NCBI RefSeq assembly: GCF_000737315.1
Contig: NZ_JMCB01000008.1
Location: forward strand, 124,001 to 188,000
DNA from: Hyalangium minutum
Lineage (GTDB): Bacteria; Myxococcota; Myxococcia; Myxococcales; Myxococcaceae
Direction: 5' to 3'
Length of the DNA stretch: 64,000 bases
Below the pieces are notes generated by a model. That model had not been told where the DNA came from, did not search any database, and saw only the letters and a list, made by a program, of their open reading frames with translations. Below are positions 1 through 8,824 of the stretch, piece by piece. How positions within the stretch are numbered: position 1 is the first letter of the stretch; the number at the start of each line of letters is the position of its first letter. The position numbers and the translations under genes are program-made.

Positions 1-138
1 AGACGGCCTGGTGAGTAGAACCGCCGTGGCTGGGCGGGGGGCGGAACGTGGTGATGGGGCACGCGAGGACAACTGGCCTTCGAGGGCATATGCCCTGGGG
101 TGCAGGAGCCTTGTTGGAATCAGGCTCGGCTCCCTACC

Positions 139-351
139 TCATGGGTTTATCTGCACGGTGGGCTCTTCAACCTCCCTGCCCAACCCGGGGCGCAGATCGA
201 ACGCCCTGCAGCCGCTGGCTCCAAAGACCTTCAGCTCGAAGCGCGAGAGCTCTGGATGAAGGCACCGTGCTTCTTCGCTCGCCACGGGTCTGCGAGAGAG
301 ACTCGCGAAGTATTTGCAGTTCTGGCAGTGCCCCCAGTTTCGGTCGGTCAT
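139..351 (-). CDS. Small Cys-rich myxobacterial hypothetical protein (70 aa)
   Basis: C-terminal part of ORF 139..543; ATG at 351 gives MTDRNWGHCQNCKYF...RCLHP...SGCRAF with CxxC plus two further Cys. Confidence 0.6.
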   Translation of the reverse strand: MTDRNWGHCQNCKYFASLSRRPVASEEARCLHPELSRFELKVFGASGCRAFDLRPGLGREVEEPTVQINP

Positions 352-539
352 GGTTCTTGCCACCTCCTTTCTGCAAGCTGGACGGTGTGGGCGGAGGCGC
401 CAACTCGTGGCGGACAGGTCCAGCGGTCCCTCCTTGCACCTGCTCGGCACGATCCCACCCGCAAGCATCCGCGCGAACGGTCGCACGGCGCACCTCTCAC
501 GCCTCTCCAGTGCAGCTGGGCGGATCGCAACGCGCCGCC

Positions 540-1140
540 CCATGACCGAAGACCATGGCCGTCTGGCCCAGCACTTCGCGCCGCTTCATCTCCTCCCATA
601 GCTCTAGCCCCTCGCGTGAGCGCTCGCCGATGCCAGCAAACACCGCGACGCCACGCAGGTGCTCCACCGCATTGCGGATGAACTCCGTCAGGATGATTGT
701 CTTGCCGACCCCCGCGCCGCCAAAGACCGCCGCTCGCCCGCCGTGGGTGAAGGGAGAGAACAGGGCGATGGCCTTGATGCCCGTCGGGTAGAGCTGTCCC
801 GCCCGTTGGAGCTGCGATGCCCTCGGTGGTGCACGATAGAGCGAGGCCCGCTGGAGCCCCTGGAGCGGCAGGCCGCCATCGAGCACCCGTCCGTGGAGAT
901 CAATGACCCGGCCCAGCAGCTCGGAACCCACCGGCACAGTCAGTGGCGAGCCTTCGCTGACCACCGGATAACCCCGGCGCAGTCCTCGAGTCGAATCGAG
1001 TGCGCTCCATCCAGCTGACAATGAAGGGCCGATGCCAGCGGAGGCACCTGGTTCTGGAAGCGAACATCCACCACCGTGCCGCGCACCGCGACGACCTGGC
1101 CTTGGAACCGGGGGCTCTGTGAGGGCAGCTGGAAGGCCAT
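540..1140 (-). pseudogene. atpD: F0F1 ATP synthase beta-subunit remnant (frameshifted, truncated)
   Basis: N-terminus MAFQLP...GQVVAVRGTVVDVRF is in one frame; Walker A GGAGVGKT and VFAGIGERSREG are in another. Similarity stops at AMVFG, well short of a full beta subunit, and no other atp genes are adjacent. Confidence 0.8.
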
Positions 1141-1168
1141 CGACACACCCGTCCACTCTTCCAATGCC

Positions 1169-1846
1169 TCATGCGCTCACTGTGGCTTCCATGGGCTTGT
1201 CGAGCCCGGCCTCCAAGGCTTCCGCGCGCTGCCGGATGCCCAACAACATCTTCCGCTCCATCAAGAAGTGAAGAGGGCCCAGGAAGAAGGCAACGAGTGG
1301 ATCTCCCGGTCTCCAGAAGTAGCTGGTGCGGACGCGGGAGACCATGCGCGTGAACCCGTTTTGCGGATAGAGCCCCAACGACCAGCTCACCTGGGACTGC
1401 CCTGGCGGCTCCTCGGGACGGGAACCGACCACCAGCGAGCCATAGGGCTCCACGGCCCTCACCGGCAAGTGCAGGCCGCGGCCCGTCGGAATCGTGTCTC
1501 CTGGCTCCAGCGTCTGGAACTCGGGCAGCAAGTGCTCCACGGTGGAGATGCGAAGCCCCGCCAGCCGCTCCATCCACTCGTAGCTGTAGAAGCCCTGGGA
1601 CCCCACCCCAAGCCGAACCAGCCAGGGCCAGATCGCCTCCGGTCGCGCGCGGACGGTAATGGCACGGTTCGAGACGTAGAAGGGCCTCTGTACCAGCTCG
1701 TCGCCGGGCATGGGACGCGTGAACTCCTCCTGAGTGGCTCCCCATCTCAAGTGCCAGGGACGCAGGATGAGCCAGTAGGCGGCGAGTCCACCCGTGCCCA
1801 CGGCGGTCAGCACGCTGGCGAAGCGGAGTCTCTTGTCGCGGCGCAT
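1169..1846 (-). CDS. Conserved protein, SRPBCC-like, with N-terminal hydrophobic segment
   Basis: 225-aa ORF; motifs RWGAT..E...MPGDELV, RAITVRARPEAIWPWL and GFYSYEW resemble a widespread SRPBCC-like family. Confidence 0.65.
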   Translation of the reverse strand: MRRDKRLRFASVLTAVGTGGLAAYWLILRPWHLRWGATQEEFTRPMPGDELVQRPFYVSNRAITVRARPEAIWPWLVRLGVGSQGFYSYEWMERLAGLRISTVEHLLPEFQTLEPGDTIPTGRGLHLPVRAVEPYGSLVVGSRPEEPPGQSQVSWSLGLYPQNGFTRMVSRVRTSYFWRPGDPLVAFFLGPLHFLMERKMLLGIRQRAEALEAGLDKPMEATVSA

Positions 1847-2177
1847 GGCATCCTCCTCGGCACGTCGAACGAGCTGCCCTGAGATTGGGAGATGGCTTGC
1901 CTCCCTGCCATGGGACGAGGGGGAGGGTCAGCCGGCCTGGCGCATGGCGCTGTCCCTCACCCTGGAGTACGAGCCATGCGTCGACCGTGGATGCGCCCGC
2001 GCTCGATGCGTTGAGACTCGTGAGTTCGCGCTGAAGAAACCTGGAGCGAGGAGCGAGATTGCCGCAGGGTGCCGCTCACGGCGCCGTGGAGCAGTTCCTG
2101 GGCCTGCCGCCTGTTCCGTGTCAACGGCTGGCCATCCGCGCCACCGACGGGTCCGGAGCAGCGCCTGAGAGGAGATC

Positions 2178-2639
2178 ATGCCGCAGCCCCTTCCGCCCCT
2201 CGAACAGCACCCCTTCCTGCGCGGGCTCTCTCCCGAGCAACTGAGCGCCATTGCCTGCAAGGTCCGCGAGCAATCCTTCCCGGCGGGAGCCCTCCTGCTG
2301 CGCGAGGGCGATCCGGCGGACACGCTCTACCTGGTGCGCAGTGGGAAGGTGGTGCTGGAACAGAACGTGCCTGGCAGGGGCCCCACTTTGCTCGAGACGT
2401 TGAAGGCCGGCGACATCCTCGGCCTGTCCTGGCTGTTCCCACCCTTCCGCTGGCATCTGGATGCGCGGGCGGTAGAGTCCGTGGACACTTTCGCGCTCGA
2501 TGCCTCCTGCATGCGCGGCCCCTCGCCGGAGCACCCCGTGCTGGAGCCTGCGCTGGCCATGCGCCTGCTGCGTCAGCTCTACGACCGGCTGGAGCGCGTC
2601 CGGCTGCAGCGGCTCGATGTCTACAAGGCGGGAGCATGA
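2178..2639 (+). CDS. Stand-alone cyclic-nucleotide-binding domain protein
   Basis: HPFLRGLS..., LLLREGDPADTLYLVRSGKV and GDILGLSWL form a cNMP fold with no HTH; GGAG RBS; ATGA overlap with next gene. Confidence 0.85.
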   Translation: MPQPLPPLEQHPFLRGLSPEQLSAIACKVREQSFPAGALLLREGDPADTLYLVRSGKVVLEQNVPGRGPTLLETLKAGDILGLSWLFPPFRWHLDARAVESVDTFALDASCMRGPSPEHPVLEPALAMRLLRQLYDRLERVRLQRLDVYKAGA

Positions 2640-3493
2640 GCCTCGACGTTCCACACGTCCCTGGCGTCGCCGGCCCGCTGACGCCCGAACCGCTCCGCGT
2701 GCGGAGCCTCCGCCGCGAGACGGCCGACACGTGGACTGTATCGCTCGATGTCTCCTCACGCCCGGGTGGCTTCCCGTTCCAGCCGGGCCAGTTCAACATG
2801 CTGTACGTCTTCGGCGTGGGCGAGGTGGCCATCTCCATCAGCGGAGACCCCAGCCGGCCGGCCGAGCTGATCCACACCGTCCGAGCCGTGGGAGCCACCA
2901 CCCGCGCGCTGTGCCGAGTGGGCCGAGGCGGCATGCTTGGCGTCCGAGGTCCCTACGGCCGGCCCTGGCCACTGGAGGAGGCACGTGGCCAGGACGTCGT
3001 CGTGGTGGCCGGCGGACTCGGCCTTGCCCCCCTCCGCTCCGTCATCCTTCACCTGCTGCGCCACCGCGAGAAGTACGGCCAGGTGTTGCTGCTGGTGGGG
3101 GCCCGCACACCGGAGGATCTGCCCTTCCGCCGGGACCTGGAGCGCTGGCAAGCGGACTCGCGGCTGCGGGTGCTCGTCACCGTGGACAAGGCGAGCCCTG
3201 GCTGGAAGGAACACGTAGGCGTGGTGCCTGCGCTGCTGCGTGACGTGGCGGTGGATCCAGCGCGCACAGTGGCGCTGATGTGCGGCCCCGAGGTGATGAT
3301 GCGCTTCACCGTGCGCGAGCTGGAGCGGCTGGGCGTGCCCGACGCGCGCATCCACCTGTCGCTGGAGCGCAACATGAAGTGCGCGGTGGCCTTCTGCGGG
3401 CATTGCCAGCTCGTGCCGTACTTCCTCTGCAAGGACGGGCCGGTGTTCTCCTACGACCGGCTCCGGTCCTTCATCAGCCTCCGCGAGGTGTGA
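2636..3493 (+). CDS. hydG: Group 3b (sulf)hydrogenase gamma subunit, FAD/NAD(P)-binding with 2Fe-2S motif
   Basis: [34 protein letters not shown] and C-terminal [15 protein letters not shown]...LCKDGPVF; start at ATGA overlap 2636. Confidence 0.85.
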   Translation: MSLDVPHVPGVAGPLTPEPLRVRSLRRETADTWTVSLDVSSRPGGFPFQPGQFNMLYVFGVGEVAISISGDPSRPAELIHTVRAVGATTRALCRVGRGGMLGVRGPYGRPWPLEEARGQDVVVVAGGLGLAPLRSVILHLLRHREKYGQVLLLVGARTPEDLPFRRDLERWQADSRLRVLVTVDKASPGWKEHVGVVPALLRDVAVDPARTVALMCGPEVMMRFTVRELERLGVPDARIHLSLERNMKCAVAFCGHCQLVPYFLCKDGPVFSYDRLRSFISLREV

Positions 3494-3494
3494 G

Positions 3495-4274
3495 ATGGCG
3501 CGCAAGCGGAAGCGACCCACACTCGCGGTCTGGAAGTTCGCCTCGTGCGATGGGTGCCAGCTCACCGTGCTGAACCTGGAGGACGAGCTGCTCACGCTGG
3601 CGGACTCCGTGCGCATCGTCCACTTCGCCGAAGCCACCAGCGTGTCCCTGAAGGGAATGTACGACGTCTCGCTCGTGGACGGCTCCATCACCACACCCCA
3701 TGACGCCGAGCGCATCCGCGAGGTGCGGCGGCAGTCGCGCCGGCTGGTGAGCATCGGGGCCTGCGCCACCGCGGGTGGCATCCAGGCGCTGCGCAACTTC
3801 AAGGATGTCCAGGGCTTCCTCTCCAGCGTCTACGCGAAGCCCGAGTACATCGAGACACTGGCCACCTCCACAGCCATTGCGGACCACGTGCCGGTGGACT
3901 TCGAGCTGCGGGGCTGCCCCATCAACAAGCGGCAACTGCTGGAGGTGCTGAGCGCCTTCCTCCAGGAGCGGCGGCCCAACGTGCCGAGCCACAGCGTGTG
4001 CGTGGAGTGCAAGCTGCGCGGCAACGTGTGCGTCATGGTGACGGGTACACCGTGCCTGGGGCCCGTGACGCATGCCGGCTGCGGGGCACTCTGCCCTACG
4101 TACCAACGCGGCTGCTACGGCTGCTTCGGGCCCATGGAGACACCCAACACCGCCTCTCTGGCCCGCGCCTTCCAGGCCGCGGGGCGCTCGGAGGCGGAGC
4201 TCGTCCGGGCCTTCCGCAACTTCAACGCGAACGCCCCGGCATTCCGTGAGGAGAGCGAGCGCCATGAAGAATAG
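3495..4274 (+). CDS. hydD: Group 3b hydrogenase delta (small, Fe-S) subunit
   Basis: [25 protein letters not shown]...C...CLGPVT..GC...CP....GCYGCFG. Confidence 0.88.
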   Translation: MARKRKRPTLAVWKFASCDGCQLTVLNLEDELLTLADSVRIVHFAEATSVSLKGMYDVSLVDGSITTPHDAERIREVRRQSRRLVSIGACATAGGIQALRNFKDVQGFLSSVYAKPEYIETLATSTAIADHVPVDFELRGCPINKRQLLEVLSAFLQERRPNVPSHSVCVECKLRGNVCVMVTGTPCLGPVTHAGCGALCPTYQRGCYGCFGPMETPNTASLARAFQAAGRSEAELVRAFRNFNANAPAFREESERHEE

Positions 4275-4480
4275 GACGCGAACCCTCCAGGTAGACTCCC
4301 TCACGCGCCTGGAGGGAGGGCAAGGCCACGAATGTGCGCCTGGCCATCTGCGAGCCGCCACGCTTCTTCGGAGCCCTGCTGCGCGGGCGTTCGTACCTGG
4401 AGGCGCCCGACATCACCTCGCGGATCTGCGGCAGTACCGCGCTCATGTCCATCCTGGGTGGCCCATCCATCCATCCGCCT
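4264..4480 (+). pseudogene. hydA: [NiFe]-hydrogenase alpha (large) subunit remnant
   Basis: [18 protein letters not shown], then frameshift to [27 protein letters not shown] (4421-4432, second Cys of RxCGxC missing), then LGGPSIHP; most of the gene, including the C-terminal DPCxxCxxH motif, is absent. Confidence 0.8.
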
Positions 4481-4550
4481 GAGGCCACCGCCGCCGTTCC
4501 CCGCGAGGCAGAGCACATTCTACGGACCCTCACCCTCTCGAAGCAGGAGC

Positions 4551-4715
4551 GGAGCCTTCCACTTCGCCGCCCATGCGCGGGGCACCAAGGCGGAGGGGGC
4601 GCGGCTCTTTCTGGAACTCATCCACGTGAGCGCACGGTGCCGGGCTCTTGTGGACACACCTACGCCCCGGAGCACCACGTGCTGCGATGCCCGGCTTGTG
4701 GCGGCACGGAGGGAG
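4551..4715 (+). pseudogene. hypA: Hydrogenase nickel-insertion protein HypA remnant
   Basis: [29 protein letters not shown], frameshift, then [20 protein letters not shown] (two CxxC pairs typical of HypA); N-terminal MHE absent. Confidence 0.7.
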
Positions 4716-4733
4716 TGGAGGGAGGAGCCGAGG

Positions 4734-5100
4734 GTGATCCGGCTGGCCATCACCGTGCAAGGCGTGGTGCAGGGCGTGGGCTTCCGCCCCTTCGTCCACG
4801 CCGCCGCCATGGGCTGGTGGGATGGGTACGCAATAGCACCGACGGGGTCCGCATCGAGGTGGAGGGGCCAGTTCCCAGGGTGGAGGACTTCCGGCAGTCC
4901 CTCGAGCGTGAAGCTCCGCCCGCCGCCCGGGTAGCTCGCGCAGCAGTCCCCCGGACACGATGAGGACCTCCGCATCCTCGACAGTGACCCGAGCGCTCCT
5001 CCTCGGCCCATCATCCCGGCGGATCTGGCCACCTGCCCGGAGTGCGCCCTCAAGTCGCACCGGCACCTCCGCGGGCCGTTCGTCTTCTGCGATGCCCAGG
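4734..5100 (+). pseudogene. hypF: Carbamoyltransferase HypF N-terminal remnant
   Basis: Acylphosphatase motif [16 protein letters not shown], frameshifted [19 protein letters not shown]...APPAARV, and zinc-finger start IIPADLATCPECAL (5010-5051). Confidence 0.78.
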
Positions 5101-5112
5101 GAACCTCCCTCA

Positions 5113-5290
5113 AGCCTCAAGAACGACGCCTGCCGGGACACCCTCCTCCGAGCCCACAAGCGGGCGGGCCTACGTCCCATCGGCTGGCACACGATGCGAC
5201 ACACGTTCGCCGGCCACTGGGTCATGCGGGGGGTACCTCTCAAGGCCGTCCAGCGCGGACGTCAAGAAGGACGCCGTCCGGGCGCTCAAG
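5113..5290 (+). mobile_element. Tyrosine-recombinase (phage integrase) C-terminal remnant
   Basis: KRAGLRPIGWHTMRHTFAGHWVMRGVPLKAVQ, then a deletion/frameshift to ADVKKDAVRAL; lies next to the tRNA 3' end. Confidence 0.75.
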
Positions 5291-5354
5291 GGTCGCACTG
5301 GGGCACCTGGTGCGGGACGAGGAGAATTTCCCAGTGAAGTCCGGTGGTTAAGAA

Positions 5355-5440
5355 TGCACGAGCCGGGGATCGAACCCGGACGGCCCTTACGGGCCAGCGG
5401 ATTTTAAGTCCGCTGCGTCTGCCTGTTCCGCCACTCGTGC
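5355..5440 (-). tRNA. tRNA-Leu(TAA)
   Basis: Reverse complement GCACGAG-TGGCGGAACAGGCAGACGC-AGCGGA-CTTAAAA-TCCGCT-long variable arm-CCGGGTTCGATCCCCGG-CTCGTGC-A; CCA not encoded. Confidence 0.95.
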
Positions 5441-5540
5441 CCGAGCGCCACAACGGTGTCGGGACCATCTCTCAACTGCTGGACGGCCGCAATGCGCTCA
5501 ACGGTCGATTCCGGCCCGCCCTTGTTATAAAGCGCCCGCC

Positions 5541-7184
5541 ATGCTCGAGACTGTCACCAAGGGCTTCCGCTCCGCCAAGAACCGCCTCGCCGGCAAGAGC
5601 GAGCTCACGCAGGATGTGGTGGATGAGTCACTGCGCGACATCCGCGTCTCCCTGTTGGAGGCGGACGTCGCCTTCGATGTGGTGAAGAAGTTCGTCGCCC
5701 GCGTCCGCGAGAAGACCGTGGGCGAGGTGGTGCAGACGACCATCACGGACAAGTCCGGCCAGAAGCGGAAGGTGAGCCCGGCGGACTACTTCGTGAAGAT
5801 CTGCCACGACGAGCTCGAGGCCCTGATGGGGCCGGTGGACACGAGCCTGAAGCTCAAGCCCAAGGGGCAGCTGAGCGGCATCATGATGGTGGGCCTGCAG
5901 GGCTCAGGTAAGACGACGACCACGGGCAAGCTCGCCAACCGGCTGCTCCAAGAGGGACGCAAGCCGCTGCTGGTGGCGGCGGACATCTACCGTCCGGCCG
6001 CCGTGGACCAGCTGAAGGTGCTGGGCGAGAAGCTGAAGGTGCCGGTGTACTTCGAGCCCAACGTGCCGCCACCGGAGCTGGCGGCGCGCGGGTACGCTGC
6101 GGCGCGGGACCAGAAGTGCGACGTGGTGCTGATCGACACGGCGGGCCGGCTTGCCATCGACGAGGCACTGATGGCGGAGCTGGAGTCCATCAAGGGCAAG
6201 GTGCACCCGGACAACATCCTGCTGGTGTGCGACGCGATGATTGGCCAGGACGCGGTGCGCACGGCGGCCGAGTTCGACCGGCGGTTGACGCTGGACGGCT
6301 TCATCCTGACGAAGCTGGACGGTGACGCGCGTGGTGGCGCGGCGCTGTCGATCAAGGAAGTGACGGGGAAGCCGATCAAGTTCCTCGGCATGGGCGAGTC
6401 GATGGACAAGCTCGAAGAGTTCCGGCCGGACGGGCTTGCGGGCCGGATTCTCGGGTTTGGCGACATCGTCGGCCTGATGAAGGACTTCGAGAAGGTCGTC
6501 GACGAGAAGAAGGCCGAGGAGGACGCGCGCAAGCTGCTGTCCGGCAACTTCTCGATGAAGGACTTCGTGGAGCAGATCCGGATGGTGCGGCGGATGGGGC
6601 CGCTGAAGGACCTGCTGGAGAAGTTCCCGTTGTTCGGGGATCTGACGGAGCAGCTGAACCCGGACGAGAAGGAGCTGACGAAGATCGAGGCGATGTATGA
6701 CTCGATGACGGAGAAGGAGCGGCTGCGGCCGGACCTGATCAACGCAAGCCGGGTGGAGCGCATCGCGAAGGGCAGTGGGCGCAAGGCGGAGGACGTGCGC
6801 GAGCTGCTGCAGAAGTTCGGGATGATGCAGCAGGTGATGGGGACGATTGGTCAGAATCCGGGGTTGCTGGGACGGATTCCGGGGTTCAAGCAGCTGGGGC
6901 AGCTGTCTCAGATGAAGAACATGGACCTGTCGGGCCTGATGGGGAACGACAAGCTGATGCAGCAGGCGATGAGCGGCATGGGAGGCATGGGAGGCATGCC
7001 CATGCAGCTGCCGCAGATCGCGCCGGGCTACACGCCTCCGATGGGCCAGGCGGCGATGGCGAAGGCGCGGCTGATGGGCTACGCGCCGCCGTCGGCGGCG
7101 GGCAAGCCGGAGGACAAGGACGCCATCAAGGAGCGCCGCAAGCGCGAGAAGGCGAACCGGAAGAAGAACCGGAAGAAGAAGTAG
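5541..7184 (+). CDS. ffh: Signal recognition particle protein Ffh
   Basis: GLQGSGKTTT, DTAGR, TKLDGDARGGAALS, Met-rich M domain. Confidence 0.97.
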   Translation: MLETVTKGFRSAKNRLAGKSELTQDVVDESLRDIRVSLLEADVAFDVVKKFVARVREKTVGEVVQTTITDKSGQKRKVSPADYFVKICHDELEALMGPVDTSLKLKPKGQLSGIMMVGLQGSGKTTTTGKLANRLLQEGRKPLLVAADIYRPAAVDQLKVLGEKLKVPVYFEPNVPPPELAARGYAAARDQKCDVVLIDTAGRLAIDEALMAELESIKGKVHPDNILLVCDAMIGQDAVRTAAEFDRRLTLDGFILTKLDGDARGGAALSIKEVTGKPIKFLGMGESMDKLEEFRPDGLAGRILGFGDIVGLMKDFEKVVDEKKAEEDARKLLSGNFSMKDFVEQIRMVRRMGPLKDLLEKFPLFGDLTEQLNPDEKELTKIEAMYDSMTEKERLRPDLINASRVERIAKGSGRKAEDVRELLQKFGMMQQVMGTIGQNPGLLGRIPGFKQLGQLSQMKNMDLSGLMGNDKLMQQAMSGMGGMGGMPMQLPQIAPGYTPPMGQAAMAKARLMGYAPPSAAGKPEDKDAIKERRKREKANRKKNRKKK

Positions 7185-7432
7185 GACTCCCCTCCTTCAG
7201 AGCCTCGGACGCGCCCCTTCCGTTTCAGGGACCGTCCGAGGTGTAGCCAAGGCCCAACCGTCTCGCGGCGTGGACTCCTCGTCTACGGCGGCGGACGGTG
7301 TGAGCGCCGGACGGAACAGCCAGCCACTGGCATTGGCGTCCAAAACCGTCTTTTCTGCTGAGAATTGGGCCCTTTAGCGGGCGAGGCATATCCACGAAGG
7401 GAGTGGACCGCCTTTTGCTCTGGAAGCGTGGC

Positions 7433-8779
7433 ATGACCCTTCTCAATCGTTTCATCCCCTTGGTTGTGGCTGTTCTGATGTCTGCCTGCATCAATGTTCC
7501 CGAGGTAGGGGACCCCCTTCCGAATCCGGAAGTCCCGGATGGGGGCACCAAGCCGGACGGAGGAGTTCCTGCGGACTCGACCCCGCCAACCCTCACTGCA
7601 ACGGTGCCAACGCACGGCTCGACCAACGTGACCACGAGCCCTCAGTTCCAGTTCACCTTCTCCGAGCCCATGAATGTGGGCACGGTGCAGGTATCAATCG
7701 CACCTATGGTGGCGCTCAGCACTGGAGTTTGGACGAGCAACAACACCCAGCTCACGCTGCAGCCACTGGCGGCGCTGGCCCAGAACACGACCTACATGCT
7801 GTCGGTGGACGGCAAGGACGTGGCGGGCAACGCGCTAACGGACCGAAAGCAATTCTCGTTCGAGACAACGGGGCCTGCGCCCGACACCACACCGCCAACC
7901 ATCCTCGCCATCAGCCCGTCCTACGGAGCCATCGGGGTGGCACAGAGCGCGACCTTCACCGTGACGTTCTCAGAGCCGATGGACAAAGCCTCGGCCCAGA
8001 CCGCTTTCGCCATCACGTCGCCTTCGGGGTTCAACGCTGGCGTCTTCACCTGGAGCGCGGAAGGAACCGTGATGACGTTCAACCCAGACACGGACTTTCC
8101 TTACGGAACAACCGTGGGATGGCAAGTCTCGATGGCCGCCAAGGACTTGGCTGGAAACACACTGGAGAGCGCCACGGCCGCCTCGTTCCGCGCCATTCGA
8201 GTGAACACGGTTACGATTGACTTCGATCCTTACACAAGCGGCTCTGCACTTGCTCCCGATTACGCCAGAACAAGTGCCCTCTACAATCTTGAGAACGTTG
8301 GCGACAATACCCAGAATCGCGAGGTGCGGCTCTTTATCGGCTTCAAACTCGATGTCCTGCCAGAAAATCTAGCCCGCATCGCTGACTGCAGACTCAAATG
8401 GTTCACATCAAGCCAACAGGGCAGCCCTTTCTCTTCCCTTGGAAGACTCCTTCTTGAAAGAGTCTTCATTGGCGAATCGATTGCATTTTCAACCACGGAC
8501 ACAACCAACCCAAGCTCAAAAGGTCAATATGAGTCAGCCGCTTTAGGCTCGCCCATTATTGTCCTGAACAGTGCCATTCCTGCCACCCTGACTTCCGAAG
8601 TCACATCGCTCGTGGCGCTTGACTGGCTTGAGAGAACCAACCGCAACTCCAAGCGTTCTCAGTTCAGACTGCGCTTTGAGGTTCCAAGCAACAATGATGG
8701 CCTCCGTGACACCATCGTCTCGGACGTGGAGCAAACCCCCAAGCTGGCAGAACTTCTCATCACCTATGAATACCCTTAA
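7433..8779 (+). CDS. Lipoprotein with two Ig-like (Big_5-type) domains and a divergent C-terminal domain
   Basis: Lipobox LMSAC; two repeats D(S/T)TPPT....P..G...V.....F..TFSEPM...L..DGKD/AKDLAGN; ATG 7433 preferred. Confidence 0.8.
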   Translation: MTLLNRFIPLVVAVLMSACINVPEVGDPLPNPEVPDGGTKPDGGVPADSTPPTLTATVPTHGSTNVTTSPQFQFTFSEPMNVGTVQVSIAPMVALSTGVWTSNNTQLTLQPLAALAQNTTYMLSVDGKDVAGNALTDRKQFSFETTGPAPDTTPPTILAISPSYGAIGVAQSATFTVTFSEPMDKASAQTAFAITSPSGFNAGVFTWSAEGTVMTFNPDTDFPYGTTVGWQVSMAAKDLAGNTLESATAASFRAIRVNTVTIDFDPYTSGSALAPDYARTSALYNLENVGDNTQNREVRLFIGFKLDVLPENLARIADCRLKWFTSSQQGSPFSSLGRLLLERVFIGESIAFSTTDTTNPSSKGQYESAALGSPIIVLNSAIPATLTSEVTSLVALDWLERTNRNSKRSQFRLRFEVPSNNDGLRDTIVSDVEQTPKLAELLITYEYP

Positions 8780-8824
8780 GATTGCGGTATTCGTGCATTC
8801 TTCGAGTGCAATTCGATGCTTTGG

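Noticed and set aside
2084-2125. Possible trace of the hydrogenase beta subunit (W-K-QFL..PP-like with a 1-nt deletion)
   Set aside because: Too short and needs an assumed frameshift; the position fits but similarity cannot be established by eye
2069-2635. N-terminal extension of the 474-aa ORF upstream of the gamma subunit
   Set aside because: Overlaps the cNMP gene in another frame; the true start is the ATGA-coupled ATG at 2636
6960-7184. Gly/Met-rich and Lys/Arg-rich C-terminal extension of Ffh
   Set aside because: Extended M-domain tails are common in Ffh; nothing here indicates a new function
5441-7430. SRP RNA (ffs) next to ffh
   Set aside because: No recognisable SRP helix-8 (GGAA tetraloop with internal loops) in the flanking intergenic regions
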